Below, in pieces: positions 28,883 to 38,015 of a DNA stretch of 64,000 nt; the first letter of the stretch is position 1; each line of letters opens with the position of its first letter. The notes under the pieces are model-generated. The model saw only the letters and a program-made list of their open reading frames with translations, was not told where the DNA came from and searched no databases. This DNA is from Candidatus Saccharimonadales bacterium (GTDB taxonomy: Bacteria; Patescibacteriota; Saccharimonadia; Saccharimonadales; 2-12-FULL-41-12). The position numbers were made by a program, and so were the translations under genes. The DNA is taken from positions 407,468 to 471,467 of the forward strand of contig JANWLD010000001.1 of NCBI GenBank assembly GCA_025451045.1. The letters run 5' to 3'.

Positions 28883-29758
28883 CTATAGGGTAAAACCGAC
28901 TGTGGTCGAAAGGGCTATCATCAGCACAAGCAAGGCCATCAAAGTTACATCCAATACCGGATGGGCCATTATATAATTCTCGCCCCGCTTGATTTTTTTT
29001 CGCAGTTTCAATGAATGGGTAGTAGCCAAATACATCGCGATTATACCTATGGCAGCGCCTAGAATAAAGTTTATCCAAGGCGAGTTGCCTTCTGTCAGTA
29101 ATTGTCCGCGGCTTATGCCGCTGGCCTGCCGCTCGGAGAAAGAAGAATTTACTTTAGCCAGATTCGGCGCGGCGGGACTAGCGTAAAGCGCGACAACGAC
29201 AGTTTCCGGCCCGTGGCCTTGATAATCGGGTGAGTTAGTGATACCGAAGCCGACTTCGGAGAAAGCTTTGCCCAGCATGGCTGCTTTGTGTTCCGGGCTG
29301 TTCATCCAGCCATTGATGGTATCTTTGCTTGAAGTAAAGCCATAAGCCAGGTTTTCGGCGGCGGCGCTGTAGCTATAGCCTGATTTTTGAATGAAATACC
29401 AGGGCTGTTTACCATCCGGCGTGACATGGGACCAATAGTTCTTTGAAACCATGTCATCGGCCTTCAGCTGGGCCGCTTTTGACAGCTCGCTATCAGACTG
29501 AAGGGCAGGTATATTATTTTCGGATCGGCGTTCATTGGTCGCAGAAAGCAGACTGTCAGGAGTTGATGTGCCGTAACTGAGGACTGATTTGGACGGCTGC
29601 GAAGAACCGGACAGCAATATGCTGGCCCCTGCTATCAGCCCGATGACAGCCGGCAAATACGGCGCGTACACTTTGGCGTAATGTTTAGGGTGGCTTTTAA
29701 AAGTAGTTCGCCGTTTAAGCGGATATTTGCTGACTATCTTGGTTTTTTGTTTTGTCAT
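28883..29758 (-). CDS. CAP (SCP/PR1-like) domain membrane protein
   Basis: NYWSHVTPDGK and GWMNSPEHKAAML CAP motifs, between an N-terminal TM helix and C-terminal TM helices. Confidence 0.75.
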   Translation of the reverse strand: MTKQKTKIVSKYPLKRRTTFKSHPKHYAKVYAPYLPAVIGLIAGASILLSGSSQPSKSVLSYGTSTPDSLLSATNERRSENNIPALQSDSELSKAAQLKADDMVSKNYWSHVTPDGKQPWYFIQKSGYSYSAAAENLAYGFTSSKDTINGWMNSPEHKAAMLGKAFSEVGFGITNSPDYQGHGPETVVVALYASPAAPNLAKVNSSFSERQASGISRGQLLTEGNSPWINFILGAAIGIIAMYLATTHSLKLRKKIKRGENYIMAHPVLDVTLMALLVLMIALSTTVGFTL

Positions 29759-29792
29759 TGCCGGTTAAATATTAACGCTTATATTTTAACAT

Positions 29793-30296
29793 TTATCCGC
29801 TTCCGAAGCGAAAGCTGTATAACGCCATTGCTGCCGCTTGGACAACGTTGAACGATTCTTTTTTACCGAGCATCGGTATTTCCAGGATATATTTGACGCT
29901 AGAAAGCACTTCCTCATCTATACCGCCTACCTCACTGCCGATTATAAGCGCTACTTTATCAGGTGCTTTGAACTCTTCCAGCCGGATGCTTTTCTTTGAT
30001 TGTTCCAGCGCGCAGACGGTGTATCCTCTGGCGCTCAAATTTTGCAAAACCGTATTTATATCGGCCTGAGTTTGCCATTTTTGGAATTTTTGGGCGCCCA
30101 GCGCCGTTTTATCTATCTGTTTGTCAAGCTTTCGGGCTAAATGCGGTAGCCGCGGGTCATTTGCTTTGCTTGGGTAAGGCGTGTAGCCGCTGAAAATTAC
30201 TTCGCTTACTCCCAGGCCTTCACAGGTACGCAGTAAAGAGCCGACATTATGGGCGCTTCTTAAGTTATGTGCCACTATAATTATTTTTCGCCTCAT
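29793..30296 (-). CDS. SpoU/TrmH-family RNA 2'-O-methyltransferase
   Basis: HNVGSLLRTCEGLGV, ALIIGSEVGGI and LNVVQAAAMALY motifs. Confidence 0.85.
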   Translation of the reverse strand: MRRKIIIVAHNLRSAHNVGSLLRTCEGLGVSEVIFSGYTPYPSKANDPRLPHLARKLDKQIDKTALGAQKFQKWQTQADINTVLQNLSARGYTVCALEQSKKSIRLEEFKAPDKVALIIGSEVGGIDEEVLSSVKYILEIPMLGKKESFNVVQAAAMALYSFRFGSG

Positions 30297-30342
30297 AAGA
30301 ATAAGTATACAAGGCCATAATCCTTGTGTTTAAATAGTATGG

Positions 30343-31941
30343 ATGAGCGAAGACGCACGTGCCGACGAAGAGCGCGCAACCCAACGCCGCGCCCAGATAC
30401 TGGGCATGAGTTATACCGATACCTCGGGTTCTGAAAAGCCGCTTTATAAGGAATTGCTGGTCCCCGATGAAATGCGCGAGAACCATTCTATTCCGATTTA
30501 TGCCGATGAACACCATATAAATTTTGGGGTAACGAACACTACTTCCCAGCAGACGATGCAGGAATTGCGCAACCGTTTCTTGGACCAGCGGGTCTCATTC
30601 ACGCTTATTTCCGACACGGGCTTTAAAGATTACATGTTGCTTTATGACCCTCCGAAAAAGATTGAATATCAAGATGTGGAATTATCCAAAGAAGGCGACA
30701 TTGACTTATTTTCAGAGGTCAGTGAAACGCTTGAAAAAGTCCTGGCTGATGACATCTTGGCTTATCTGGTAAAACAGACCTACCAGCTGAAAGGCTCCGA
30801 CATCCACTTGGAGAACCAGAAAGAAGGCGTGCGGGTCAGGATAAGGGTTGATGGCGTACTCCATCCGGTAGCGGCGCTTAGCCATGAGAAATATCATCAG
30901 TTGCTTTCATCTATCGCCATTGCCGCAAATGTATCAACTGCCGACCCCAATCCGCAGACCGGGCATATCAACAACCAGTATAAGCTGGCTACCGGCGAAG
31001 AAGTAACTGTAAACTTGCGTGTCGAGACCGTCCCGACAGTCTATGGCCAAGACGTGGTCATGCGGCTTTTCAACCTGAAGATGGAACTGCTTAATTTGGA
31101 CAAACTGGGGCTTTCCGAGCGTGAAAGAGCTCCGGTTGACGATATCATTACCCACCCCAGCGGTATGGTGCTGGTGGTCGGGCCGACCGGTTCAGGAAAG
31201 ACAACCACGCTTTATTCGCTGATAAATACCTTGAATTCATCAGAGCGCAAGATAATAACCTTGGAAGACCCGGTAGAGTATTTTCTGCCCGGTATCGTAC
31301 AGATTCCGGTAGCCGGCGATCAGGATGCCACTGGCTTTGCTGACCATTTAAGGGCGGTGCTGAGGCTGGACCCGGATGTCGTCATGGTCGGTGAAATCCG
31401 TGATCAAGATACTGCTCGCACAGCGCTTCAGGCCGCTTTGACCGGACATTTAGTACTGTCGACTTTCCACGCTTCATCCGCCGCGGCCGCTTTGACCAGG
31501 ATGCTGGATGCCATCGGCATAAACCCGCTGTTTGCCAGCGCCATGCATCTGGTGATGGCCCAGCGTCTGATTAGAAAACTGGATGACGAAACTAAAGAAG
31601 CGTTCAAGCCGGACAAAGAACTTAAAGACCAGTTAAAAGCCGTAGTCGACACGCTGCCGCCGAATATGAAGAAACCCGATTTAAGTAAATTAACCCTGTA
31701 TCGGGCTAAGCCGAACGCCAAAAACCCCTTTGGCTTCAAAGGCCAGTTAGCTATCCGCGAGCAACTGGTAATGACCCCGGGTGTTCAACAGCTTCTGCGG
31801 TTGCCGCCGAATGAGATAACTACGGATATATTGGAAAAGAAGGCTGTTGAAGACGGAATGTTAACCATGCTTCAAGACGGCGTACTGAAAATAATCAACG
31901 GCGAAACTACTTTAGAAGAAGTTTACCGTGTAGTAAGTTGA
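30343..31941 (+). CDS. pilB: type IV pilus assembly / GspE-family secretion ATPase
   Basis: Walker A GPTGSGKTTT and Walker B/Asp and His boxes (DPDVVMVGEIRD, GHLVLSTFH). Confidence 0.9.
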   Translation: MSEDARADEERATQRRAQILGMSYTDTSGSEKPLYKELLVPDEMRENHSIPIYADEHHINFGVTNTTSQQTMQELRNRFLDQRVSFTLISDTGFKDYMLLYDPPKKIEYQDVELSKEGDIDLFSEVSETLEKVLADDILAYLVKQTYQLKGSDIHLENQKEGVRVRIRVDGVLHPVAALSHEKYHQLLSSIAIAANVSTADPNPQTGHINNQYKLATGEEVTVNLRVETVPTVYGQDVVMRLFNLKMELLNLDKLGLSERERAPVDDIITHPSGMVLVVGPTGSGKTTTLYSLINTLNSSERKIITLEDPVEYFLPGIVQIPVAGDQDATGFADHLRAVLRLDPDVVMVGEIRDQDTARTALQAALTGHLVLSTFHASSAAAALTRMLDAIGINPLFASAMHLVMAQRLIRKLDDETKEAFKPDKELKDQLKAVVDTLPPNMKKPDLSKLTLYRAKPNAKNPFGFKGQLAIREQLVMTPGVQQLLRLPPNEITTDILEKKAVEDGMLTMLQDGVLKIINGETTLEEVYRVVS

Positions 31942-31957
31942 AAACTTTACTACTGCG
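31927..31957 (+). repeat. 31-nt mini-hairpin related to the GTAGT element family, overlapping the pilB stop
   Basis: CGTGTAGTAAGTT-GAA-AACTTTACTACTGCG, flanked by GTTTAC(CG) at 31921-31928 and 31958-31965. Confidence 0.5.
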
Positions 31958-32051
31958 GTTTACCGCGTCGTCAGCTAACCTTCACTTTTCTAACAGATGT
32001 GGTATACTTAAATTTAACTTTCAATAATAAATTAAGGTTATATAGAATCAA

Positions 32052-32600
32052 ATGTCTGTTATTCACGCTATTGAAAAGAAGTACAAAAAGCCGCATGTCG
32101 TAGATGTGAGAAGCGGCGATACGGTTAAGGTTCACCAGAAAATCCGCGAAGGCAATAAAGAGCGTGTCCAGATATTTGAAGGATTGGTAATCAGAACATC
32201 CCGAAAAGACTCGCTTTCCGCTTCAATTACCGTACGGCGCATTGCCAGCGGGGTAGGGGTGGAAAAGACTTACCTTATCCATAGTCCGCTTATTACCAAA
32301 ATACAAGTGGTGAAACGAAGCAAAGTCCGTCGTAACTACCTAAGCTATATGCGGGAAAGAACCGGCAAGTCAGCCCGGCTGTCGAGCGTTGATTTTGACC
32401 AGGAAGAAGTAAACAAAGTACCTGAAGAAGCTAAACCCAAACCAGAGCCAAAAGCCGAAAATAAGGCTGATACAAATGACAGTGCCGAAGAACTAAAAAC
32501 AGAGGCTAAAGAGCCAAAACAAACCGAAGAAGAAAAGCCGGACAAAAAGAAAGAAGAGCCGCAAAAAAGCGACTCTTCCGAAGAGAAAACAAAAGCTTAG
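32052..32600 (+). CDS. rplS: 50S ribosomal protein L19 with K/E/P-rich C-terminal extension
   Basis: L19 core (VRSGDTVKVHQKIREGNKERVQIFEGLVI...GVGVEKTYLIHSP) plus a low-complexity tail of about 65 aa. Confidence 0.9.
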   Translation: MSVIHAIEKKYKKPHVVDVRSGDTVKVHQKIREGNKERVQIFEGLVIRTSRKDSLSASITVRRIASGVGVEKTYLIHSPLITKIQVVKRSKVRRNYLSYMRERTGKSARLSSVDFDQEEVNKVPEEAKPKPEPKAENKADTNDSAEELKTEAKEPKQTEEEKPDKKKEEPQKSDSSEEKTKA

Positions 32601-33061
32601 TTAACCGTACCTAAAATAGCCCCGATAGCAAGCAGCGTAATTAACTGATTGCCTAAGTTGATTTTTAGCAGTTCCATTGAACCTTTTTCGAAAATCGCTT
32701 TGGAAACAAGCGCCGGAACTATTAAACCGACAAAAGTCCAAAGCCCGGTAAGCAAACCGACTGAAAGACCGCTGTAGTCAGGGTAAAAATAACCTACATA
32801 AACGATGAAATGAGCTACCACGAAAGCTTGGATTATCGCCAGACCTAGCATTACCAGCATCGGTCCGGTAGGGCTTGATTCGCCGCGTTTTAATCCGACC
32901 AGCTTCATCCATTTTTTGCCGAACAACGGTCCGTACCAGATTGAGCCGATGGCCATGGCGGCGACTACGGCCAGGAAGATTCCCAACCAACTGACCGACA
33001 CGCTAAGACTGCCGGATGAGTCTATGGCAATTTTGTCCATATGTGCAAAAATATTTAACAT
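32597..33061 (-). CDS. DUF1761-like membrane protein
   Basis: Four predicted TM helices and IGSIWYGPLFGKKW. Confidence 0.6.
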   Translation of the reverse strand: MLNIFAHMDKIAIDSSGSLSVSVSWLGIFLAVVAAMAIGSIWYGPLFGKKWMKLVGLKRGESSPTGPMLVMLGLAIIQAFVVAHFIVYVGYFYPDYSGLSVGLLTGLWTFVGLIVPALVSKAIFEKGSMELLKINLGNQLITLLAIGAILGTVN

Positions 33062-33144
33062 TTTTATTCCCCCGCTTAATTAATGCTTTGATAATACTCC
33101 CACCGGCTTGTTTTTGGCAATCACTATTTTGCTACAATAAGCTT

Positions 33145-33714
33145 ATGGCAACGATGCAGGGAATCTTGGGGATTGATGAGGTTGGCAGAGGCGCATGGGC
33201 CGGACCGTTGGTCATCGGCGCAGTTATACTCAGCGATCACAATATAAAAGGACTGACCGATTCCAAGCTGCTCTCAAAGCCACAGCGCGAAAATCTAGCC
33301 GCTGAAATACATAAAAGCAGCGTCTTTGCCGGACTGGGCTGGGTGACGTCTCTCGAGATAGACCAGCTGGGTTTGACTAAATCAACGGTTTTAGGCATAA
33401 AACGCGCGATTACAAGTCTAAAATATAAAGAAATAGAGATAATAATCGACGGAAACATCAATTATCTAAAGAACTATAAGAATTCACGCTGTCTTATAAA
33501 GGCTGACCAGACGGTTCCGGCAGTCAGCGCCGCCGGGATAATAGCCAAGGTAGCCCGCGATGAATATATGGCAAAATTGGCCGTGAAGTTCCCCAGTTTC
33601 GGCTTTGACAGCCATGTCGGATATGGGACAAAGCGCCACGCTGATAATTTAAATGAATACGGTATCTGCGCTGAACACAGAATTTCATTTAAGCCGGTTT
33701 CAGTTTTCGCCTGA
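33145..33714 (+). CDS. rnhB: ribonuclease HII
   Basis: Start moved to ATG 33145, giving GIDEVGRGAWAGPLV near the N-terminus. The upstream 43 codons of the ORF overlap the divergent gene and look non-coding. Confidence 0.9.
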   Translation: MATMQGILGIDEVGRGAWAGPLVIGAVILSDHNIKGLTDSKLLSKPQRENLAAEIHKSSVFAGLGWVTSLEIDQLGLTKSTVLGIKRAITSLKYKEIEIIIDGNINYLKNYKNSRCLIKADQTVPAVSAAGIIAKVARDEYMAKLAVKFPSFGFDSHVGYGTKRHADNLNEYGICAEHRISFKPVSVFA

Positions 33715-34055
33715 TGGCACAACATAATCAAAGCGGCTCCGAGGCGGAAGAACGCGTCGCCGGTTATTTAAGGCAAAACGACTATAAGATTATTGGCCAA
33801 AACTGGAAGACCAAGTGGTGCGAAATAGATATAATCGCCAAAAAAGACAATTGTATGCATTTTATCGAGGTAAAATACCGAACTTCAGATACACAAGGCG
33901 GAGGTTATGACTACATAACACCGCAAAAATTGCGCAAAATGGATTTGGCGGCTCGTAGTTGGGTTGAAATGAACGACTGGAATAAGGAATATGTTTTATC
34001 TGCCGCAGAAGTATCCGGACCGGATTTTGACATTGAATTTATTGAGCAAGTTTAA
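33714..34055 (+). CDS. yraN: YraN-family (UPF0102) endonuclease-like protein
   Basis: EIDIIAKKDNCMHFIEVKYR core. TGATG overlap with rnhB, a commonly observed gene pair. Confidence 0.8.
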   Translation: MAQHNQSGSEAEERVAGYLRQNDYKIIGQNWKTKWCEIDIIAKKDNCMHFIEVKYRTSDTQGGGYDYITPQKLRKMDLAARSWVEMNDWNKEYVLSAAEVSGPDFDIEFIEQV

Positions 34056-34102
34056 GCTTAAGTAGCATAAATCTATTAATTATTTTATAATTTATTTGAA
34101 AT

Positions 34103-35077
34103 ATGGATTTAGGACCAAGAATAAATTCTCCTATGTCACCTGAAGCTTGGAGCGAAGTGCGCGGGCTTAGCCAGCGTCTGGCTGACACAGCCGGCGGCCG
34201 GTTTAGGTTGATGAACGAGACTGCAACAAATCAAGAAGCCATGACATCTCTTTATGTGCCTTGTCCTGAGTTTGAGGCTGCACTCGTTGATAATCTGGCT
34301 GCCAGCCTGGAAGATAAATACAAACCGGGCAGATACCAGGAAATGGTCGAGGAAATGCATAGCGGCGGCAGGGAAATTGTCGTGAATAACATTGCTAACG
34401 ATTTGGAATCAGGCAAAAACATAGCCGTTAATATGAACCACGCCAGTTTAGTCCGCTCTGGCATTGGTTTTAGATTATTAAGCAGGGCGCTGGAAGATAA
34501 AGGAGTTGCTTTTGACAAAGCTATTATCGGCGGCGCCGCACTATTAAACGTTGAAGTCAGACTTGATGATGACGAGGTTTCTCAAAGCAGTTCGGAGCCT
34601 GAGAACGAAGAAGGCTTTATGCCTGCTTATGATGCAATCGGACTGGTCAGCAACCATTTTTTTGTCAGCGTACCTAATACTAAACGAGCCGAAAATCTTC
34701 GTGAAGATTACGGCGAAGAAGTTAAACAGCACAACGAACAAATGAAACAAACGTTAGCAAAGTTATTAGAAAGCGATGAAGGCGTTCTATTAATGATGCT
34801 CGGCAGCGGCACTCACGATAGGCCGCGCGAGGGAGATCCTACTACCATTGAGATGTCTGCTATTAGTGACGGTACCATTGAGATGATTATTGAAAATAAA
34901 TTAGGTACAGTTCAGGCTGCCTTATTGGACCTACCCGGCAAACCAATGGAATTTTACTTATTAAGCGGTCCCGGTTCTTTGAGCAGCAAAGATCAGATGC
35001 ATAGCGAGATGGGCCGTACTGCTCGCTTTTTAAGCCAACATGCTCCGGGCGCATTTTATATCTATCAGAAGCCTTAA
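34103..35077 (+). CDS. hypothetical protein (324 aa)
   Basis: Long ORF with an acidic central segment. No motif recognised. Confidence 0.5.
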   Translation: MDLGPRINSPMSPEAWSEVRGLSQRLADTAGGRFRLMNETATNQEAMTSLYVPCPEFEAALVDNLAASLEDKYKPGRYQEMVEEMHSGGREIVVNNIANDLESGKNIAVNMNHASLVRSGIGFRLLSRALEDKGVAFDKAIIGGAALLNVEVRLDDDEVSQSSSEPENEEGFMPAYDAIGLVSNHFFVSVPNTKRAENLREDYGEEVKQHNEQMKQTLAKLLESDEGVLLMMLGSGTHDRPREGDPTTIEMSAISDGTIEMIIENKLGTVQAALLDLPGKPMEFYLLSGPGSLSSKDQMHSEMGRTARFLSQHAPGAFYIYQKP

Positions 35078-35078
35078 T

Positions 35079-37793
35079 TTAGTCTAAAAAATATTTTTTA
35101 AGCTTTGGTTCTTCGCGTTTGCGCCATTCTATACGCGCGCCTATTTCGGAAAAACCTATCTTGATATTGCGCTCCAACGCTAGGTTTGACAGCATCGGCG
35201 TGAAAAATTCTTTATATTTTTTCTCCCACGCAGCAGTTGATAGGGGCGCAGCGGAATAAACCGGCATGTAATCCAATGTCTTGCTGCCGCCAAACACTTC
35301 GCTTATCCGGTCCCAATCCGCTGTCAGCCAACTCCAAGCCAGGTGTCGGGTATATTGGTTGCGCATCAGATACGCGAACCAGCGGAAGATGTCCTGCGGC
35401 CGTACAAAACCGCCATCGCCTATGGAGCTTTTAATTATTTTCTTGCCAACCGCTTCATCGCGCACCTCGGTTACGCCGCCGCAGATGGAGCTTTTCAGGT
35501 CGGCGTTGTTCGTCTTTTCATAGATGTTTAATAGTTTGTCCACTTCTTTAACGTCCCCGAACCTGACTACGGCGGCCAGGATTGTGGTACGCAGTTCTGC
35601 CGGCAAATCGGCCAAGTCCTTCACCGATTTATACAGCTCAAGCAGTTTGTCGATAGTTTCTTTGTCTTCGCCGGCCAAGGAGACACTAATGATGGTTTGT
35701 CTCAACAGAGTGTCGTTTGGGTCCTCGTCCGGTTTTTTCTCCCAGCCCAGACGCGCTAGTGTAGGTTTTGCCAAACCGCGTTGGAATTTTCTGATATTTT
35801 CCTCAGCCTGTTTATCACCCTCGACGAGCATTTTTGCCAGTCCGATTACCCGGCTCATCATGCTCCATACCGCTTCGCGCGGCTCAGCTTGGCATTTTTT
35901 GACTATGTCCAAGGCTTCGCTCAGCGAACTTCTGTCGGCTTTGGCCAGCAGGATTATGTCATTAAGCCGGATAATCCGGCCTTCGGTTGGAATGGATTGT
36001 TGGGCGATAGCCTTTGCTAGTTTTTCCCTAGTAGCCTTGTCGTTATAGTCCACTAGGTAGTGTCCGCTGCCATGGGTGTTGAATAGCACCGGTTCTTTTG
36101 ATTCTATTTCAACTGATTTTTTGTCAAATAATTTGACTGGCAATTTTTTATCGGCTAGCAAAGCTATCGGCCAGATTGGTTCTTCATCTTCTCCGTCGAG
36201 CAGAAACCGTTCTTGGCTCAGCTTAATTTTGCCACCTTCTTTGGCAACTGATAAAACCGGCATGCCAGCCCGTTCAATCCAAGGCGTCATCAGGCTGGAA
36301 ACATCCGATTTACTACTGGCCGACAATGCTTCCCACAAATCACCCCGCTCAGCGTTTTTATAAGCATTTTTGGCAAAATACTCTTTGACACCGCTTCGAA
36401 AAGCCTCTTCGCCGATAAATTCACGCATCATTTTGAGTAAGCGGCCGCCTTTGGCATAGACTATTGCCGGGTCGAAAAGCGTTATGATTTCGTCCGGATG
36501 CCGAACACCTGTGCCGACTGGCTGAACGTCTTTATATATGTCGCGGTTGGCACATGCCAACACGTCGGAAATCACGTAATGTTCCCACCAATGCCAATCC
36601 GGATGAAGGGCATTGAGCGCGATATGTTCGACGAAGCTGGCAAAACTCTCGTTCAGCCACAAATCATCCCACCATTTCATTGTCACCAAGTTGCCGAACC
36701 ATTGATGCGATAGTTCGTGGGCAATTATCATCGAAATATATTGCTCGCTGCTTAGCGAGCGGTTGTCCGGGTCGGTCAGCAGAGCTACCTCGCGGTAGGT
36801 TATAAGCCCCCAGTTTTCCATGGCGCCTACTTCAAAATCCGGCAAGGCAACTTGGTCGCACTTGCTTAGTGGATAAGGAGTTTGGAAATACTCGGTGAAA
36901 AATTCCAACGTTTTTACGGCTTCGGCATTGGCATACTCCATAAATTTCTTCGGCTGGGCGACCGTAGCCCAAGTGTTTATGACAGTTCCATCTTTGGTCT
37001 TGGCTGAGATATTATGGAGTTCTCCGGCGACAAAAGATAATAGATAGGTACTCATTATCGGCGTTTCCTCAAATGATGTAACCAAACGATTACCCGTTTT
37101 TTCCTGTTTTTCAGATGGCGTATTGGACAATACCGTCAGGCCGCTTGGAGTATCAAGCTCCAATTTGAAAGTAGCTTTAGCTTCCGGTTCGTCAACGCAA
37201 GGGAACACTTCACGGGCATAGTGGCTTTCGAACTGCGTTGCCAGCATCACAGCGTCACGCATCGCAACGTCCTGCTTTCCGGCTGAGCCGGAAACTCCGT
37301 CGCTGCTCTCAGCGGATTGCTGTGTTGACGGCTCCGCTACTCGTTCATCGTATGCCTGATACGACTCACTCCGTTGCTCGCCGTCGCCTTGCACTCCATC
37401 TGAGTGCGTGAGCTGTGCAGTTACTGGAACTTTAAAGTAGCAGGGATAAAGGCCGTGCATCGGCTTGGTAATTTTGGCGTTAAATGAAATCTCCGCTTCG
37501 TACTCACCCGGATAAATCATTTCATCACTATGCAAACGTAGTTCATCCAAGCTCTTTTGGCTGTTAATCCGCGCCAGTTTAACTTCTTGATTTTTTGACA
37601 AGTTGGTTAGCTTAGCAGTTTTAATATTTAAATCTTTTTGATGAAACGTTACGCGCTTGCTCGGCCGGCCGGTTTTATTGAATTTTATTTTTACCGTTCC
37701 GGAAAAAGCCAATTTGTCGATGTTCAGCTCAAACCTCAAGTCGTAATGGCTTGGTCTTATCTCCTCAAACAATCTCTTAACATTTTTACCCAT
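35079..37793 (-). CDS. pepN: M1-family aminopeptidase N
   Basis: GAMENWG and HELSHQWFGNLVTMKWWDDLWLNESFA (HEXXH-X18-E). Contains an extra segment of about 55 aa in the N-terminal domain. Confidence 0.9.
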   Translation of the reverse strand: MGKNVKRLFEEIRPSHYDLRFELNIDKLAFSGTVKIKFNKTGRPSKRVTFHQKDLNIKTAKLTNLSKNQEVKLARINSQKSLDELRLHSDEMIYPGEYEAEISFNAKITKPMHGLYPCYFKVPVTAQLTHSDGVQGDGEQRSESYQAYDERVAEPSTQQSAESSDGVSGSAGKQDVAMRDAVMLATQFESHYAREVFPCVDEPEAKATFKLELDTPSGLTVLSNTPSEKQEKTGNRLVTSFEETPIMSTYLLSFVAGELHNISAKTKDGTVINTWATVAQPKKFMEYANAEAVKTLEFFTEYFQTPYPLSKCDQVALPDFEVGAMENWGLITYREVALLTDPDNRSLSSEQYISMIIAHELSHQWFGNLVTMKWWDDLWLNESFASFVEHIALNALHPDWHWWEHYVISDVLACANRDIYKDVQPVGTGVRHPDEIITLFDPAIVYAKGGRLLKMMREFIGEEAFRSGVKEYFAKNAYKNAERGDLWEALSASSKSDVSSLMTPWIERAGMPVLSVAKEGGKIKLSQERFLLDGEDEEPIWPIALLADKKLPVKLFDKKSVEIESKEPVLFNTHGSGHYLVDYNDKATREKLAKAIAQQSIPTEGRIIRLNDIILLAKADRSSLSEALDIVKKCQAEPREAVWSMMSRVIGLAKMLVEGDKQAEENIRKFQRGLAKPTLARLGWEKKPDEDPNDTLLRQTIISVSLAGEDKETIDKLLELYKSVKDLADLPAELRTTILAAVVRFGDVKEVDKLLNIYEKTNNADLKSSICGGVTEVRDEAVGKKIIKSSIGDGGFVRPQDIFRWFAYLMRNQYTRHLAWSWLTADWDRISEVFGGSKTLDYMPVYSAAPLSTAAWEKKYKEFFTPMLSNLALERNIKIGFSEIGARIEWRKREEPKLKKYFLD

Positions 37794-37823
37794 AGATACC
37801 TATTGTATAGCAAATACCGGGGC

Positions 37824-37852
37824 TTTACATATATATGAATCTGCGATAAAAT
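37824..37852 (+). promoter_or_regulatory. candidate sigma70-type promoter upstream of nusA
   Basis: TTTACA (37824-37829), a 17-nt spacer, then TAAAAT (37847-37852). Confidence 0.35.
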
Positions 37853-37915
37853 TAATTAGTATTAGTCGGCCGGCAGGTCGGCTTTTTTCATGAACAGCCT
37901 AGCGGCTGAAGTTAC

Positions 37916-37978
37916 TAGTCGTTAGTGATGAGTGATTAGCATACTGGTTACGATAGGTGAACTAACTACTAACGACTA
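37916..37978 (+). repeat. diverged GTAGT-type hairpin in the nusA leader
   Basis: TAGTCGTTAGTGATGAG ... CTAACTACTAACGACTA. It has the same GTNAGTGA / CTACTA core with G.U and A-C at equivalent positions. No clear flanking repeat. Confidence 0.45.
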
Positions 37979-38015
37979 AACACTAACAACTATTTTCAAC
38001 GAAGGAGAAAAAACA

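Noticed and set aside
33016-33144. N-terminal extension of the rnhB ORF. Similar extensions occur at 6613-6675 (gap), 61195-61230 (clpP), 61902-61940 (the 477-aa ORF) and 14660-14677.
   Set aside because: The extensions overlap neighbouring genes or regulatory sites, lack an SD and encode improbable sequence. Internal ATGs give canonical N-termini with an SD or a -10 box correctly placed.
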